The position numbers were made by a program, and so were the translations under genes. From the NCBI GenBank assembly GCA_048571215.1, contig CP182352.1:2688001-2752000 (forward strand): a stretch of DNA of 64,000 nt. The letters run 5' to 3'. This document shows, one piece after another, positions 32,230 to 43,621 of this stretch. The stretch is from Halarcobacter sp. GTDB taxonomy: Bacteria > Campylobacterota > Campylobacteria > Campylobacterales > Arcobacteraceae. Position 1 is the stretch's first letter. Each line of letters starts with the position of its first letter. Below the pieces are notes generated by a model. It did not search any database, was not told where the DNA came from, and saw only the letters and a program-made list of their open reading frames with translations.

Positions 32230-34458
32230 ATGAATAAAAATAACTATTACAAACAGAATATAATTGCATTTTACTTTTTTATCTTTTCCATAGGCTTGAT
32301 TTTATCTTTTATCCTCATTGATATAATCTATCTATCAAAAAATAATGATGATATAATTTTAAAAAATATTCAAAAAGAGACTTACGAAAAAGAGACTCTA
32401 CTTAAAAATAAATTTATAGAATCTAAAAATTTACTTCAAACACTTAATCAGTCCAAATATTTTCAAGAGTATAAAACTACAAATAACACTAAATTGCTTG
32501 AAGATCTTTTTTTATTTATAGCAAAAACAAATAAAGATATAATGAGTATAAAATATATCAATAAAGATGGTTTAGAAAAAGTTAGAGTTAATAGAAAAAA
32601 ACACTCTGAAGAAGTTTTTTTGGTAGAAAAAAACAAACTCCAAGACAAATCAAATAGATACTATTTCAAAGAATCTAAAAAATATCCAAATAATAAAATA
32701 TGGTTTACAAATATTGATTTAGATGTGGAGAATAATACTATAAAAAAACCTTTTAGTCCAACTTTTAGAGCCATATTAACTATAAAAGATAAAGAGTTTA
32801 AATCAATTGTTGTGATCAATTATTTTATGGAAGATTTATTAAATACTTTAATGAATTCTCCCCTATATGATTTTATTTTAATAGATGAAGATGGTTATAT
32901 ATTAAAACATTATAAACAAAATAAAAATTGGAGTTTTTACAAGGACTCTAAACTTACAATTAAAAGTGAATTTCCTAATGATTATAAACAAATACTTAGT
33001 CAAAATTTACTAGAAACAAATAAATTTATCTCTATAAAAATAAACACACCCACACAAAAAAAACTTATATTATTGATTAAAACAAAAAACACCTTCTTTA
33101 ATAAAGAGTATGAAGAGAGGATAAACAGATATTTAGTTGTATCAGTGCTTGTTTTACTTCTTTCCTTTATAATAAGTTTTCTATTTTCTAAACAACTAAA
33201 AAAGATTATCTTTACTTTAAAAAATACACAAAAAGAGAATCTAAATTTAGATGAAAAAGTAAAAGCTAAAACAAAAGAGCTAGAAGAATCTAAAAAACAA
33301 TTAACTGATATTTTAGATAATGTTTCAGATTTTATTTGGCAAACAGATGAAAATGGTAAATATACCTATGTAAGTCCTCAAATAAAAGATATATTAGGTT
33401 TTGATGCTAAAGATATATTAGGGAAAACCCCTTTTGATTTTATGAGTGAAGAGGAAGAAAAAAAAATAAAAGCTATATTTTTTGATTTAAAAAATAAAAA
33501 ACTATCTATAAAAAATTTAGAAAATATAAATATTGATATAAATGGAAAAGAGGTTTGGATTGAAACAAATGGTAACCCAATTTTAGATAGTACAGGGAAA
33601 TTAATAGGATATAGAGGTACTGATAGAGATATTACAAAAAGAAAAGAGCAAGAAAAAGAGATTAGAAAAATCAATAATAAATTAAAAGAGTTAAATAAAA
33701 CACTAGAATCAAAAGTACAAAAAGAGTTAGAAAAAAATAAACTTCATGAGGTTCAAATATTTAATCAAGCCAAAATGGCAGCCATGGGAGATATGTTAGG
33801 GAATATTGCCCATCAGTGGAGACAACCATTAAGTTACATTTCTACTACTGCTTCTGGTATAAAACTAAATCATGAGTTTAATATCTTAAACCATGAAGAC
33901 CTACCCCATGCTATGGATGAAATAGTTGCTAAAACCCAATATCTATCACAAACAATTGATACTTTTAGAAACTTTTTAATGGAGAAAAAAGAGTACCAAA
34001 ATATTATCTTACAGGATAGGGTTGAGATTGCACTAAATATAGTAAGTGCCTCACTAAAAGATAATCATATCTACTTAGAAAAAGTTATGGATTATACAAA
34101 TCCTATTAATACTAAACTTGTTGTAGGTGAATTAAGTGAAGTTATAATCAACATAATTAATAATGCAAAAGATATATTGTTATCAAGACAAATTCCAAAC
34201 CCTTGGATTGTAGTTGAATTAACGCAAGCTGAAAATACAGCCATCTTATCTATAGAAGATAATGCAGGAGGTATAGAACCAGAAGTTATCTCAAGAGTTT
34301 TTGAACCATATTTCACTACAAAAGACTTATCAGTTGGAACTGGGCTTGGGCTTTATATGAGTTATAAAATAGTTAAAGAGAGTTTAAAAGGGAAACTTAG
34401 TGTACAAAATAGTGAATTTGGTGCTAAATTTATAATAGAGATACCTTTAATAAAATAA
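32230..34458 (+). CDS. Sensor histidine kinase (Cache, PAS-PAC, HisKA, HATPase)
   Basis: DKSNRYYF Cache motif, WQTDENGKYTYVSP PAS, NIAHQWRQPL, GTGLGLY. Confidence 0.92.
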   Translation: MNKNNYYKQNIIAFYFFIFSIGLILSFILIDIIYLSKNNDDIILKNIQKETYEKETLLKNKFIESKNLLQTLNQSKYFQEYKTTNNTKLLEDLFLFIAKTNKDIMSIKYINKDGLEKVRVNRKKHSEEVFLVEKNKLQDKSNRYYFKESKKYPNNKIWFTNIDLDVENNTIKKPFSPTFRAILTIKDKEFKSIVVINYFMEDLLNTLMNSPLYDFILIDEDGYILKHYKQNKNWSFYKDSKLTIKSEFPNDYKQILSQNLLETNKFISIKINTPTQKKLILLIKTKNTFFNKEYEERINRYLVVSVLVLLLSFIISFLFSKQLKKIIFTLKNTQKENLNLDEKVKAKTKELEESKKQLTDILDNVSDFIWQTDENGKYTYVSPQIKDILGFDAKDILGKTPFDFMSEEEEKKIKAIFFDLKNKKLSIKNLENINIDINGKEVWIETNGNPILDSTGKLIGYRGTDRDITKRKEQEKEIRKINNKLKELNKTLESKVQKELEKNKLHEVQIFNQAKMAAMGDMLGNIAHQWRQPLSYISTTASGIKLNHEFNILNHEDLPHAMDEIVAKTQYLSQTIDTFRNFLMEKKEYQNIILQDRVEIALNIVSASLKDNHIYLEKVMDYTNPINTKLVVGELSEVIINIINNAKDILLSRQIPNPWIVVELTQAENTAILSIEDNAGGIEPEVISRVFEPYFTTKDLSVGTGLGLYMSYKIVKESLKGKLSVQNSEFGAKFIIEIPLIK

Positions 34459-34588
34459 CTTAACATTTATATAATTAACTTTAATAAAATAATTTATTTT
34501 ATATAATTTATTTTAATATAAGGACTTAACCTTTTTATAATTAATTTTAATATAAAATATTCACTAAATTATTATACTTAGGAATAAA

Positions 34589-36658
34589 GTGAAAACAAAA
34601 AAGAACCTTGGAGAGTATTATAAAAATCTGTTTGATAATGCATTTGAACCAATTTTGTTATTAAAAGAAAATCACTTTATTGATGGAAATCAAGCTGCAA
34701 TTAATATGCTTAATATGAGTTCCAAAGAGGAACTTTTTAAAATTCACCCTTCACAAATATCACCACAATTTCAACCTGATGGCAAACCATCCAATGAAAA
34801 AGCAAATGAGATGATAGATATATGTATTAAAAACTCTTATCATCAATTTGAATGGCTTCATAAAACTATAGATGAAAAAAAGTTTTTAGTAGAAGTTACA
34901 CTAAAAAAAATCTCAATAATTAATAATACTTTAATCCATGTTACCTGGAGAGATATCAAAAATGAAAAAGAATATAAGGAATCTTTAAAAGAGCAAAATA
35001 AAGAGCTAATTAAAAAAAACCACTATATAAATAAAATAAATAACTTAATTAGTAAAGACTCAAATAACGATTTATTAGCTTCTGTTCTTTTATTTGAAGA
35101 GTATAAAAAAGCGATTGATGAAAGTTCAATTGTTTCAAAAACTGATTTAGATGGTAAAATCACCTATGTTAATAAAAAGTTCTGTGAAATTTCTGGATAT
35201 AAAGAGGAAGAACTACTAGGAAATAGTCATAATATAGTAAGACATCCAAATATGAAAAATAGTTTCTTTAAAAATCTTTGGGTAACCATTTCAAATAAAC
35301 AAATTTTTCATGGAATAATCCAAAATAAAAAGAAAAATGGCGAATCTTATTATGTTGATTCTACAATAATTCCCATAATGGATAAAGAAAACAACATTAT
35401 AGAATATCTTGGGATAAGACATGATATAAGTTCAATTTTTGAAAAAGATAAATTAATTTATGAACAATTTACAGATGAGCTAACAGCACTACCAAATAGA
35501 CAAAAACTAATAGATGATATAAAAAAACAACCCTATCCTAAACTTGCAATAATAAATATAGATAGATTTAGAGATATAAATGACTCTTATGGGATAGAAA
35601 TAGGTGATATAGTTTTACAAGAGATTGCAAAAAGATTATTAAGGTTTAAAAGTTTAAATTTGTCTATATACAGAGTTTCAGGAGATATCTTTGCCTTTTT
35701 AGCATATGGAAATTTTTCAGAAGTAGAACTATATAAAACATGTAGAAATTTTAATCTTTATATGGATCAAAAACCTATTTTAATAGAAGACAATATTTTT
35801 GATATAGCCACAACAATAGGTATAGCATCTGGAAAAGATAAACTTTTAAGTCATGCAGAGGTTGCACTGCTTCATGCCAAACAAAAAAATAAAAGTATTA
35901 TTACCTTTGATGAACAAATGCCTCTATATAGAGACTTAAAAAAGAATATAAAACTAACAAAAGATATTAAATATGCACTAAATAATGATGGAATATTAGT
36001 GTATGCACAAAAAATTCTTGGAAATAAAAATCAAAAAGACAAATATGAAACTCTAATGAGAATGAGGTTAAATGATAATTCGATACTTTCACCATTTTTC
36101 TTTTTAGACCATGCAAAAAAAGCAAAACTTTATCCCTATATGACTAAAATAATGATTAATAAATCTTGTGAATATTTTAGTAATAAAGATTTAGAGTTTT
36201 TAATCAATCTTATGATAGAAGATATTTTAAATGAAAAAACTGTTAATTTTCTAATCAATAAACTTATCCAAACAAATACAGCAAAATATGTTACCCTAGA
36301 GATTGTTGAATCTGAGGGCATTGAAAAGTTCTCTGAAGTTGAAAGATTTATAAAAAGACTCAAAGCAATTGGATGTAAAATAGCCATTGATGACTTTGGT
36401 ACAGGATATTCAAACTTTGAATATATAATAAAACTAAATGTAGATTATCTGAAAATTGATGGCTCTTTAATTAAAAATATCCATGTAAATGATAATATAA
36501 AACTAACCGTTGAGACCATCGCAAATTTTGCTAAGGTATTAAATATAAAAACTGTTGCTGAGTTTGTACATTGTCAAGAGGTTCAAGATATAGTAAAATC
36601 CTTGGCTATCGATTATAGCCAAGGGTTTTTATTTCATGAACCAGAATTTTTAATATAA
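34589..36658 (+). CDS. PAS-PAS-GGDEF(degenerate)-EAL c-di-GMP phosphodiesterase
   Basis: Two PAS domains, SGDIF in place of GGDEF, ETLMR, EIVESE, DDFGTGYS, AEFV. Confidence 0.9.
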   Translation: MKTKKNLGEYYKNLFDNAFEPILLLKENHFIDGNQAAINMLNMSSKEELFKIHPSQISPQFQPDGKPSNEKANEMIDICIKNSYHQFEWLHKTIDEKKFLVEVTLKKISIINNTLIHVTWRDIKNEKEYKESLKEQNKELIKKNHYINKINNLISKDSNNDLLASVLLFEEYKKAIDESSIVSKTDLDGKITYVNKKFCEISGYKEEELLGNSHNIVRHPNMKNSFFKNLWVTISNKQIFHGIIQNKKKNGESYYVDSTIIPIMDKENNIIEYLGIRHDISSIFEKDKLIYEQFTDELTALPNRQKLIDDIKKQPYPKLAIINIDRFRDINDSYGIEIGDIVLQEIAKRLLRFKSLNLSIYRVSGDIFAFLAYGNFSEVELYKTCRNFNLYMDQKPILIEDNIFDIATTIGIASGKDKLLSHAEVALLHAKQKNKSIITFDEQMPLYRDLKKNIKLTKDIKYALNNDGILVYAQKILGNKNQKDKYETLMRMRLNDNSILSPFFFLDHAKKAKLYPYMTKIMINKSCEYFSNKDLEFLINLMIEDILNEKTVNFLINKLIQTNTAKYVTLEIVESEGIEKFSEVERFIKRLKAIGCKIAIDDFGTGYSNFEYIIKLNVDYLKIDGSLIKNIHVNDNIKLTVETIANFAKVLNIKTVAEFVHCQEVQDIVKSLAIDYSQGFLFHEPEFLI

Positions 36659-36659
36659 A

Positions 36660-39101
36660 CTAAAAGCTTTCCCACTCATCATCATTGGAGTTTGGAACTA
36701 TTAGTTTTGTCTCACTTTTTTTAAGCACTGTTTTTTTTGGTGTTGTTTTTATTGTAGAAGATAAACTATTTTTTCTTATATCTTCCCTATGACCAATAAC
36801 TTTTTTAGTCTCATTTACACAATCCTTTGCATGACTTACAGGATCTTTAGAATCAACTTTTTCCTTTAGCCCATCAGAAACAGCTTTTTCACATCCATGT
36901 GTTTTTATCTTATCAATATACTCAAATACTTTTACAGTATTATGTTCAATTTCATTTGCAATATCCATAAGTTTAGGACTATATTTATCTAAAGCATCTA
37001 AGTTAACATAATCTTGAACCCCATCATGTACTGCTTTATGAACCTCTAATAATAGATTCCAATCTTCATGTTTTGCATAATTTTCATTTTCATGTGCTTT
37101 TATCCACTTACCTAAGTCACAATCAACATCATTTTTTACACTCCACTTTTTATCTTGTCCTATTTTTGCAAAGTTTGCTTCCTTAAAGGAGATATGATCA
37201 AGTTTTAATTTTGTAGTATCAAATACTAAATTTACATCACAAACTGAATTTGCTTTGGATTGATCAAATTCAGTCCTATTAATAATAGCAATTAAATGTT
37301 CAGATATCTCATTTAAATTCATAGCTTTCGTTGATACTGTTTCACTTGCATTTGCATTCTCTTGTGTGGCTTTATCTAGCTCATTTATTGCATCATTGAT
37401 TTGTTTCATACCTTGCATCTGTTCATTTGTTGCTATTGTTACTTCATCAACAATATTTGTAACCTCTAATACTTTATTATTTAAGAAATTAAAACTATCA
37501 ACCATTCTATCTGCTGTAGTTTTACCCTCAACTGTTTTAGATTTGGCATCCTCAACTAAGGCTTTAATCTCTTTTGCAGCTTGGGCACTTCTACTTGCAA
37601 GGTTTCTAACCTCTTGAGCTACAACCGCAAACCCTTTTCCTGCTTCCCCTGCTGTTGCTGCTTCTACAGCTGCATTTAGTGATAAGATATTTGTTTGGAA
37701 TGCAATTTGGTCAATAATCTCAATAGCATCAACAATATCATTTGTAGCTTTATTAATATGCTCCATAGCTTCACCTGTTTTATGTGCTAACTGATCATCT
37801 TCATCACTTGTCTTTTTTAAATCAACTGCAATTTTTGACATCTGTTTTGTTTTATTTGTAGTTGATTCAATAGCTGATGTTATCTCTTCAACAGCAGCTG
37901 CTGTTTCTTCTAAAGACGCCGCTTGTTGAACTGCTGAAGCTGATAATTGTTCTGAAGTTGCAGCTAAATCTGAGGCATTTGTCATTAATCTTTTTGCTGT
38001 ATTATTTACCATACATAATACCTCTGATATAGAATCTCCTAAAGCTTTTGTTCCCCTTGACAGTGAACCTATACTTCCTGAGTATTCTGAATCAATTTTA
38101 TGATTATATTTTGCATTACCAAAAGCGATTAAAGCTTGAGTTACAATATTTAAACTATTTTGTGTAATTGTAGTCATCTCATTTATTTTTGATTTCAATA
38201 ACTCTATTTCTGGATTATTGGCAACTTGCATAATATCATAGTTATAAAACCCATTTTTTGCTTTATTTACTATCTCTATTGATTCTTTTATAACTGCATT
38301 ATCTTTTTCAAAACCAATTTTTGTCATTTGTATATTTTCATTAACAACATTTGCCATTAACTCTATTTCATCTTTTGTATGGATTTCAATAGCTTCAACA
38401 GTATCTTGTTTTCTATTTAAATATCTAAAGAATCCCAAAAGTCCTTCTTGAAATTTTTCTATCGAACCTGCAATTGATTTACTAACAAAAAGACTAATTA
38501 TAATTGCAGCAAGTAATGACAGAACAATTGTTACAAGCAAATATATTTTAATATTACTTTCAAAATTCTTTTCAATTTTACTTGCTTCTTTTAATTCACT
38601 CTCAATTAACTTTTTAGCTTTTGAGATATCCCCTTCTAATGTTTCTCCTGCACCATCAATCTCTTTATCAAGCTTTTTAAACTCTTCACTTGTAGCTTTT
38701 TCACTTATCAACTTAGGTAGTTCATCTTTTAAAATTGGTTCTAATTTTTTAAATGCACCTAAAATACTTTTAATTAACTTCTTTTCTTCATTAGTATCTG
38801 TAGCAGAAAGCAATTCCTCTTCATATTTAAATAAAGCTTCAAAATTATCATTTATATTTTTATTATAATCTGCTAATATATTAGATTGTTCTTTTTTTAC
38901 AATAATATCCATTGCTTCAAGCAACAAAGATGTATTTATATTATTGACTACTTCCATATCAACTAATTGTTTATATTTAGTAGCTTTTTTATCGGCAATC
39001 TCATCTAATTTATTTATACTAAAATATACATAAGCTCCAAATGCCATTAAAATTAAAACAATAATACCAAATCCACTTAAAAGTTTTTTTTGTATATTCA
39101 T
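36660..39101 (-). CDS. Methyl-accepting chemotaxis protein with C-terminal CZB domain
   Basis: Two TM helices, IAFQTNILSLNAAVEAATAGEAGKGFAVVA, LDH..CDLGKW..H...H, terminal EWESF. Confidence 0.92.
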   Translation of the reverse strand: MNIQKKLLSGFGIIVLILMAFGAYVYFSINKLDEIADKKATKYKQLVDMEVVNNINTSLLLEAMDIIVKKEQSNILADYNKNINDNFEALFKYEEELLSATDTNEEKKLIKSILGAFKKLEPILKDELPKLISEKATSEEFKKLDKEIDGAGETLEGDISKAKKLIESELKEASKIEKNFESNIKIYLLVTIVLSLLAAIIISLFVSKSIAGSIEKFQEGLLGFFRYLNRKQDTVEAIEIHTKDEIELMANVVNENIQMTKIGFEKDNAVIKESIEIVNKAKNGFYNYDIMQVANNPEIELLKSKINEMTTITQNSLNIVTQALIAFGNAKYNHKIDSEYSGSIGSLSRGTKALGDSISEVLCMVNNTAKRLMTNASDLAATSEQLSASAVQQAASLEETAAAVEEITSAIESTTNKTKQMSKIAVDLKKTSDEDDQLAHKTGEAMEHINKATNDIVDAIEIIDQIAFQTNILSLNAAVEAATAGEAGKGFAVVAQEVRNLASRSAQAAKEIKALVEDAKSKTVEGKTTADRMVDSFNFLNNKVLEVTNIVDEVTIATNEQMQGMKQINDAINELDKATQENANASETVSTKAMNLNEISEHLIAIINRTEFDQSKANSVCDVNLVFDTTKLKLDHISFKEANFAKIGQDKKWSVKNDVDCDLGKWIKAHENENYAKHEDWNLLLEVHKAVHDGVQDYVNLDALDKYSPKLMDIANEIEHNTVKVFEYIDKIKTHGCEKAVSDGLKEKVDSKDPVSHAKDCVNETKKVIGHREDIRKNSLSSTIKTTPKKTVLKKSETKLIVPNSNDDEWESF

Positions 39102-39179
39102 AAGTTTACCTCTTTAACCATAAATTTTAGTATTCTAATAATATTATTCTTTTAAACATATTAGTTAAAATAACTAATA

Positions 39180-41144
39180 TTAGGCAATAGGTAAAATTAT
39201 TTTAAACTCAGCACCTTTATAAGTTTTATCTTCATATAAATACTCACTATTTTGAACCGTCACCTCTCCTAAAAGATGTCTAGTTACAATTTGATAGGTC
39301 ATATATAAACCTATTCCTGTTCCTTGAGATTTATGTTTTGTTGTAAAATATGCTTCAAATACTTTATTTTTTATATCCTCAGGTATTCCACCTGCATTAT
39401 CTTTTATTGTTATTATTAAACACTCATCTATCTCATTATTTATGCAATTATCAAATAGATTACAATCTGATAAATCACATTTATTTAGCTTTCTTATATT
39501 AAAAAAAATAAGTTTTTTTTCTACTTTTAAGTTTTCAAAAGCATCAACAGCATTATTTAAAATATTTATCAAACTTTGAATCAATTCATTTTCAAAACTA
39601 ATTATTTTTATATCTTCTATATTTGAAATTATCTCTATCTCTTTTGAAGAAAATCTAGAAGAACTCAATTTGATACTTTTTTCATAAAGTTCTTTACTAG
39701 AGATCTCTTTTGCAACTTTTTCTGGATTGAAAAACTCCCTAAAGTCATCTATCGTTTGAGATAAGTATTTTGTAGATTTAATCAAAGTATCTAAAGAGCT
39801 ATGTAATGACTCTTTAGTACCAACTCCTATCTCATCTTCAATTTTTATTTTACCAGCAATAGTACTTATTAGAGATAATGGTTGTCTCCATTGGTGAGCA
39901 ATATTTCCTATCATCTCTCCCATTGAGGCCATCTTAGCTTGTTGATATAAAATAGAGTCTTTTTTTCTATTTAAATCAACTTCTTTTAATATTCTTTCAT
40001 TATAGTTGTCAAAAAACTGTTTTAAAATTTTAGATATATATGTAGCAAGTAGTATTAAAATAACTGTCAAAAATAAACTTATTAAAATTATCTTTTTGAG
40101 AGTTTCTGAATTAACTTTTTTTAATTCCTCTTTTTTGTTTTTTAAAAAGATTTGAAGATCTTTATCATAAAAACCAGTGGCAATTGCCCATCTCCAATCA
40201 TCTAGCCCTTTTGCATATGTGGTTTTACTTGCAGGTTTACCTGTTTGTGGCATAATTGTACTTATATAACGTATAAATCCCGAGCCTTCTTTTGCAGTTT
40301 TAATTATACCTTTTGTTATCTCATAACCATTTTTGTCTTTTAAATTTATTCTATTTACACCTATATATGCTTTTTTTACATGCTCTAAATATACTCCATC
40401 ATAATTTACAACAAAAATATAACTATTTTTTCCAAAAGAAACTTTTCTTATATAATCTTCTAAAATAATTTTTTTGACTTTCAACTCAAAGTCATCTAAA
40501 TATTCCCCCGTACCAATTATTAAACCCAAGGGTTTATACTTTTTATTTACAGTAATCTTTTTATAAAGCTCTGTTTTATTTGGTTTATACCAATAATAAG
40601 TAGAAAAATATTCATCTTTTTTATTTATATTTTCAATAATATCCTTTATAAAATAAAACCCTTTTTTATCTTTTAATCCTATTATGTTTGTACCTTCTAA
40701 CCAGGGCTGTATTGGGTGCATTATATTCTTGCCATGTATATCATATATATAAAAATATCCTCGACCATTGTTGAATCTCAATTCCCTTAAAGACTCTTTT
40801 ATAATAGCTAAGACCTTTTGTTTCCCTTCATTGGCAAACTTTTTATTTATATTATCCACTATATTATAAGCTTCATTTACTCTATTTAAAAGCTCTTTTT
40901 TTAACTCTTTATCAAGTTTTGATTTCTTTTCTAATATATTCTTATGTATAGTATCAATTTGTTCTTTTATTAAGTTTTTATTGGTTTCTATATAGTTTCT
41001 TTCATAAATCTTCAAATCTCGTTCATAACTAATTTTATTTTGAACATAGATTAAGATATTTACTAAAATTGCAATAGAAACAATTACAACTATAGGTGAG
41101 TATTTTACAAAATTTAAAAGCTGTTTTTCATTTTTTATTAACAA
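39180..41144 (-). CDS. Sensor histidine kinase with two Cache domains
   Basis: RGYFYIYD..HP, SYIFVVNYDG, NIAHQWRQPL, GTGIGLY. Confidence 0.92.
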   Translation of the reverse strand: MLIKNEKQLLNFVKYSPIVVIVSIAILVNILIYVQNKISYERDLKIYERNYIETNKNLIKEQIDTIHKNILEKKSKLDKELKKELLNRVNEAYNIVDNINKKFANEGKQKVLAIIKESLRELRFNNGRGYFYIYDIHGKNIMHPIQPWLEGTNIIGLKDKKGFYFIKDIIENINKKDEYFSTYYWYKPNKTELYKKITVNKKYKPLGLIIGTGEYLDDFELKVKKIILEDYIRKVSFGKNSYIFVVNYDGVYLEHVKKAYIGVNRINLKDKNGYEITKGIIKTAKEGSGFIRYISTIMPQTGKPASKTTYAKGLDDWRWAIATGFYDKDLQIFLKNKKEELKKVNSETLKKIILISLFLTVILILLATYISKILKQFFDNYNERILKEVDLNRKKDSILYQQAKMASMGEMIGNIAHQWRQPLSLISTIAGKIKIEDEIGVGTKESLHSSLDTLIKSTKYLSQTIDDFREFFNPEKVAKEISSKELYEKSIKLSSSRFSSKEIEIISNIEDIKIISFENELIQSLINILNNAVDAFENLKVEKKLIFFNIRKLNKCDLSDCNLFDNCINNEIDECLIITIKDNAGGIPEDIKNKVFEAYFTTKHKSQGTGIGLYMTYQIVTRHLLGEVTVQNSEYLYEDKTYKGAEFKIILPIA

Positions 41145-41711
41145 TTAATTCTCTATTTGTTTTAATAATTTAGTTTCTGCATCTTTTGAAAGAAAATTAT
41201 TTTCAAAAATTTTATTAACTTTAAAAAGTGTTTTAGCAGACTCTTGAATATATTTTAAAACCCCTTTTGAATCAACAACAATCTGAACAAAAAGGGTATT
41301 ATCTTTACTTTTAAAACTATTTATTACCTTAACTTTTTGAGTAGACTTTAAAGCAATTTGCTTAGCATGTTCATTTATATCTTTTTCAAAAACTTTTGCT
41401 TGGGATTCTTTTTTGTAATAATCATTTAAAATTTTTCTACTTTTTATATATATTTTTTTAGCTAAGTTTTGGGATGCATTTATTAGTGCAAGTTCTCTAT
41501 AAAAACTATACTTATCATTTTTTATATTTTTTGAAACTCCAACTTGAGAAATATTTCCCAATACTTTTGAGTTATATACCCATAAAGGTGCATCATCAGG
41601 AAGTTTAAACTGAGTTGACACCTTTTCTTTAAAAGAGTTATCAAACATAGAAAAACATCCTGAAAATAAAAACATCACAAAAAAACTAAGAAAATATATA
41701 CTCTTTTTCAT
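41145..41711 (-). CDS. LPP20-like lipoprotein
   Basis: Lipobox FSGC, APLWV, ALINASQNLAKKI. Confidence 0.65.
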   Translation of the reverse strand: MKKSIYFLSFFVMFLFSGCFSMFDNSFKEKVSTQFKLPDDAPLWVYNSKVLGNISQVGVSKNIKNDKYSFYRELALINASQNLAKKIYIKSRKILNDYYKKESQAKVFEKDINEHAKQIALKSTQKVKVINSFKSKDNTLFVQIVVDSKGVLKYIQESAKTLFKVNKIFENNFLSKDAETKLLKQIEN

Positions 41712-41714
41712 CTA

Positions 41715-42884
41715 CTAAAAATCACTAAAGTTTTTAATAGCCTCTTTTGCTTTTTCTAAAGCTTTTTGGCTTGAATCTTTATCAAAAGAGAGTGCAACTG
41801 CCATTCTTCTTCCAATATGTGATTGGGGTTTCCCAAATACTCTTACATATGTATCTTTTGTAAAAGATTCATCTTTTATATTTACAATAGGAGTAAAGGT
41901 ATCAGCTTTTGCCTTGTATGCCGCACTTGCTCCACAACCATAATCAATATAATCTAAGGGTAATCCCAATACTGCTCTAACATGTAAAGCAAATTCACTT
42001 TGAGATTGAGTTATCATAGTAACCATCCCAGTATCATGTGGTCTAGGACTTACTTCACTAAAAAATACCTCATCACCTTTTACAAACATCTCAACACCAA
42101 AAATACCACGACCACCTAAACCATCTGTAACAGTTTTTGCAATCTCTTGGGCACTATTTTTAGCTTTTTCGCTCATATCCATTGGTTGCCATGAGAAAAT
42201 ATAATCCCCATCTTGTTGTATATGACCAATTGGTTCACAAAAAACAGTTTGTTTTTCATTTCTAATTGTAAGTAAAGTAATCTCATAATCAAACTTTATA
42301 AACTCTTCAACAATCAATTCACTAGCATCTCCCCTAGCTTCCTTTGCCATTTCCCAAGATTTAGGTAAATCATCTTTTGATTTAGCAATACTTTGTCCAT
42401 GACCAGAAGAGCTCATCACAGGTTTTATTACACACGGGAAGCCCATATTTTGTGCAGCTTTTTCTAAACCTTCAAATGTTGTTACAAACTCATAATTTCC
42501 TGTATTTACTTTTAACTCTTGGGCTGCAAACTCTCTAATATTTTTTCTATTCATAGTTTTATTAACAGCATCAGCATTTGGAATAACATGAAATCCCTCT
42601 TTTTCAGCCTCAAAAAGAGCTTGAATATTTATAGCTTCAACCTCAGGTAATATATAATTTGGCTTCTCTTTTCTAATTATTTCTAAAACCTCATCTTTAT
42701 TTTTCATATTGATTGTATAGGCTTTATTTGCAACTAATTGAGCTGGAGCATTGTTATAACTATCAACAGCAATTGTTTCTATTCCTAATCTTTGTGCTTC
42801 AATAATCACCTCTTTACCTAACTCTCCACTACCCAATAACAATATTTTTACTGACTGAGATTTTAATGGTGCTGAAAATTCCAT
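41715..42884 (-). CDS. purT: Formate-dependent GAR transformylase
   Basis: [33 protein letters not shown]. Confidence 0.96.
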   Translation of the reverse strand: MEFSAPLKSQSVKILLLGSGELGKEVIIEAQRLGIETIAVDSYNNAPAQLVANKAYTINMKNKDEVLEIIRKEKPNYILPEVEAINIQALFEAEKEGFHVIPNADAVNKTMNRKNIREFAAQELKVNTGNYEFVTTFEGLEKAAQNMGFPCVIKPVMSSSGHGQSIAKSKDDLPKSWEMAKEARGDASELIVEEFIKFDYEITLLTIRNEKQTVFCEPIGHIQQDGDYIFSWQPMDMSEKAKNSAQEIAKTVTDGLGGRGIFGVEMFVKGDEVFFSEVSPRPHDTGMVTMITQSQSEFALHVRAVLGLPLDYIDYGCGASAAYKAKADTFTPIVNIKDESFTKDTYVRVFGKPQSHIGRRMAVALSFDKDSSQKALEKAKEAIKNFSDF

Positions 42885-42886
42885 CT

Positions 42887-43621
42887 TTATATTCCTTTTA
42901 CCTTTTTATAAAATATTTTATCATAATTTCTTAATTCATATTTTCCAATAATTTGAGATAAGATTTTAACATAATCGTGTCCAATTCCTGAATATTTATG
43001 CATTGTTGCACTTAGTTTTAAGCCATCAATAACTTTTTTATTTTTTCGCATCATTTCCCGCTTATCTCTAAATTCTTGATATGCACTTGTTCTATTTAAA
43101 TTATTCATATATGCGGATATCGAATCTTGAAGAGTTTTGAAAACTCTAATTAGATGTTGCTTACCCTCTATTCTTTTTAATGGTACTATTCCTATTTTAG
43201 GGTTATAAGTCCAATGTCCAAAAATATTATTTGCAACTTTTGTAAATCTACTTTTACCCCATGCACTCTCAACAGCCGCTTGTGCTATTGCTAGTGAAGG
43301 TGGTATGATATCTATTCTTTTTAGAAAAGTATCATAATCATAAATATCTTGGACTTTATATTTTTTTTGTAAATTGATTAATCTTTTATACTCTTTTGAA
43401 GATTCATCAAAATCTTTTTTACTCTTGATTGATAAAATAAATTGTCTCTCTTTTAAAATATTCATATTCTCAATTCTTACTTTATTAGCAAAATAATTAA
43501 AGAAATAACTCTTTGCAACTACACCTCTAAGTTTATAATACTCAGGAGGCATACCATTTTGTGCTTGTACAAAACCAATACTTAAAAATAAAACAAAAAA
43601 AAGTTTAAAAATCAACTTCAT
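42887..43621 (-). CDS. Bax-like glucosaminidase (GH73) domain protein
   Basis: Signal peptide; [32 protein letters not shown]. Confidence 0.85.
   Translation of the reverse strand: MKLIFKLFFVLFLSIGFVQAQNGMPPEYYKLRGVVAKSYFFNYFANKVRIENMNILKERQFILSIKSKKDFDESSKEYKRLINLQKKYKVQDIYDYDTFLKRIDIIPPSLAIAQAAVESAWGKSRFTKVANNIFGHWTYNPKIGIVPLKRIEGKQHLIRVFKTLQDSISAYMNNLNRTSAYQEFRDKREMMRKNKKVIDGLKLSATMHKYSGIGHDYVKILSQIIGKYELRNYDKIFYKKVKGI

Noticed and set aside
34459..34588. AT-only imperfect palindromes in the intergenic region
   Set aside because: Expected by chance at this base composition; no distinctive motif
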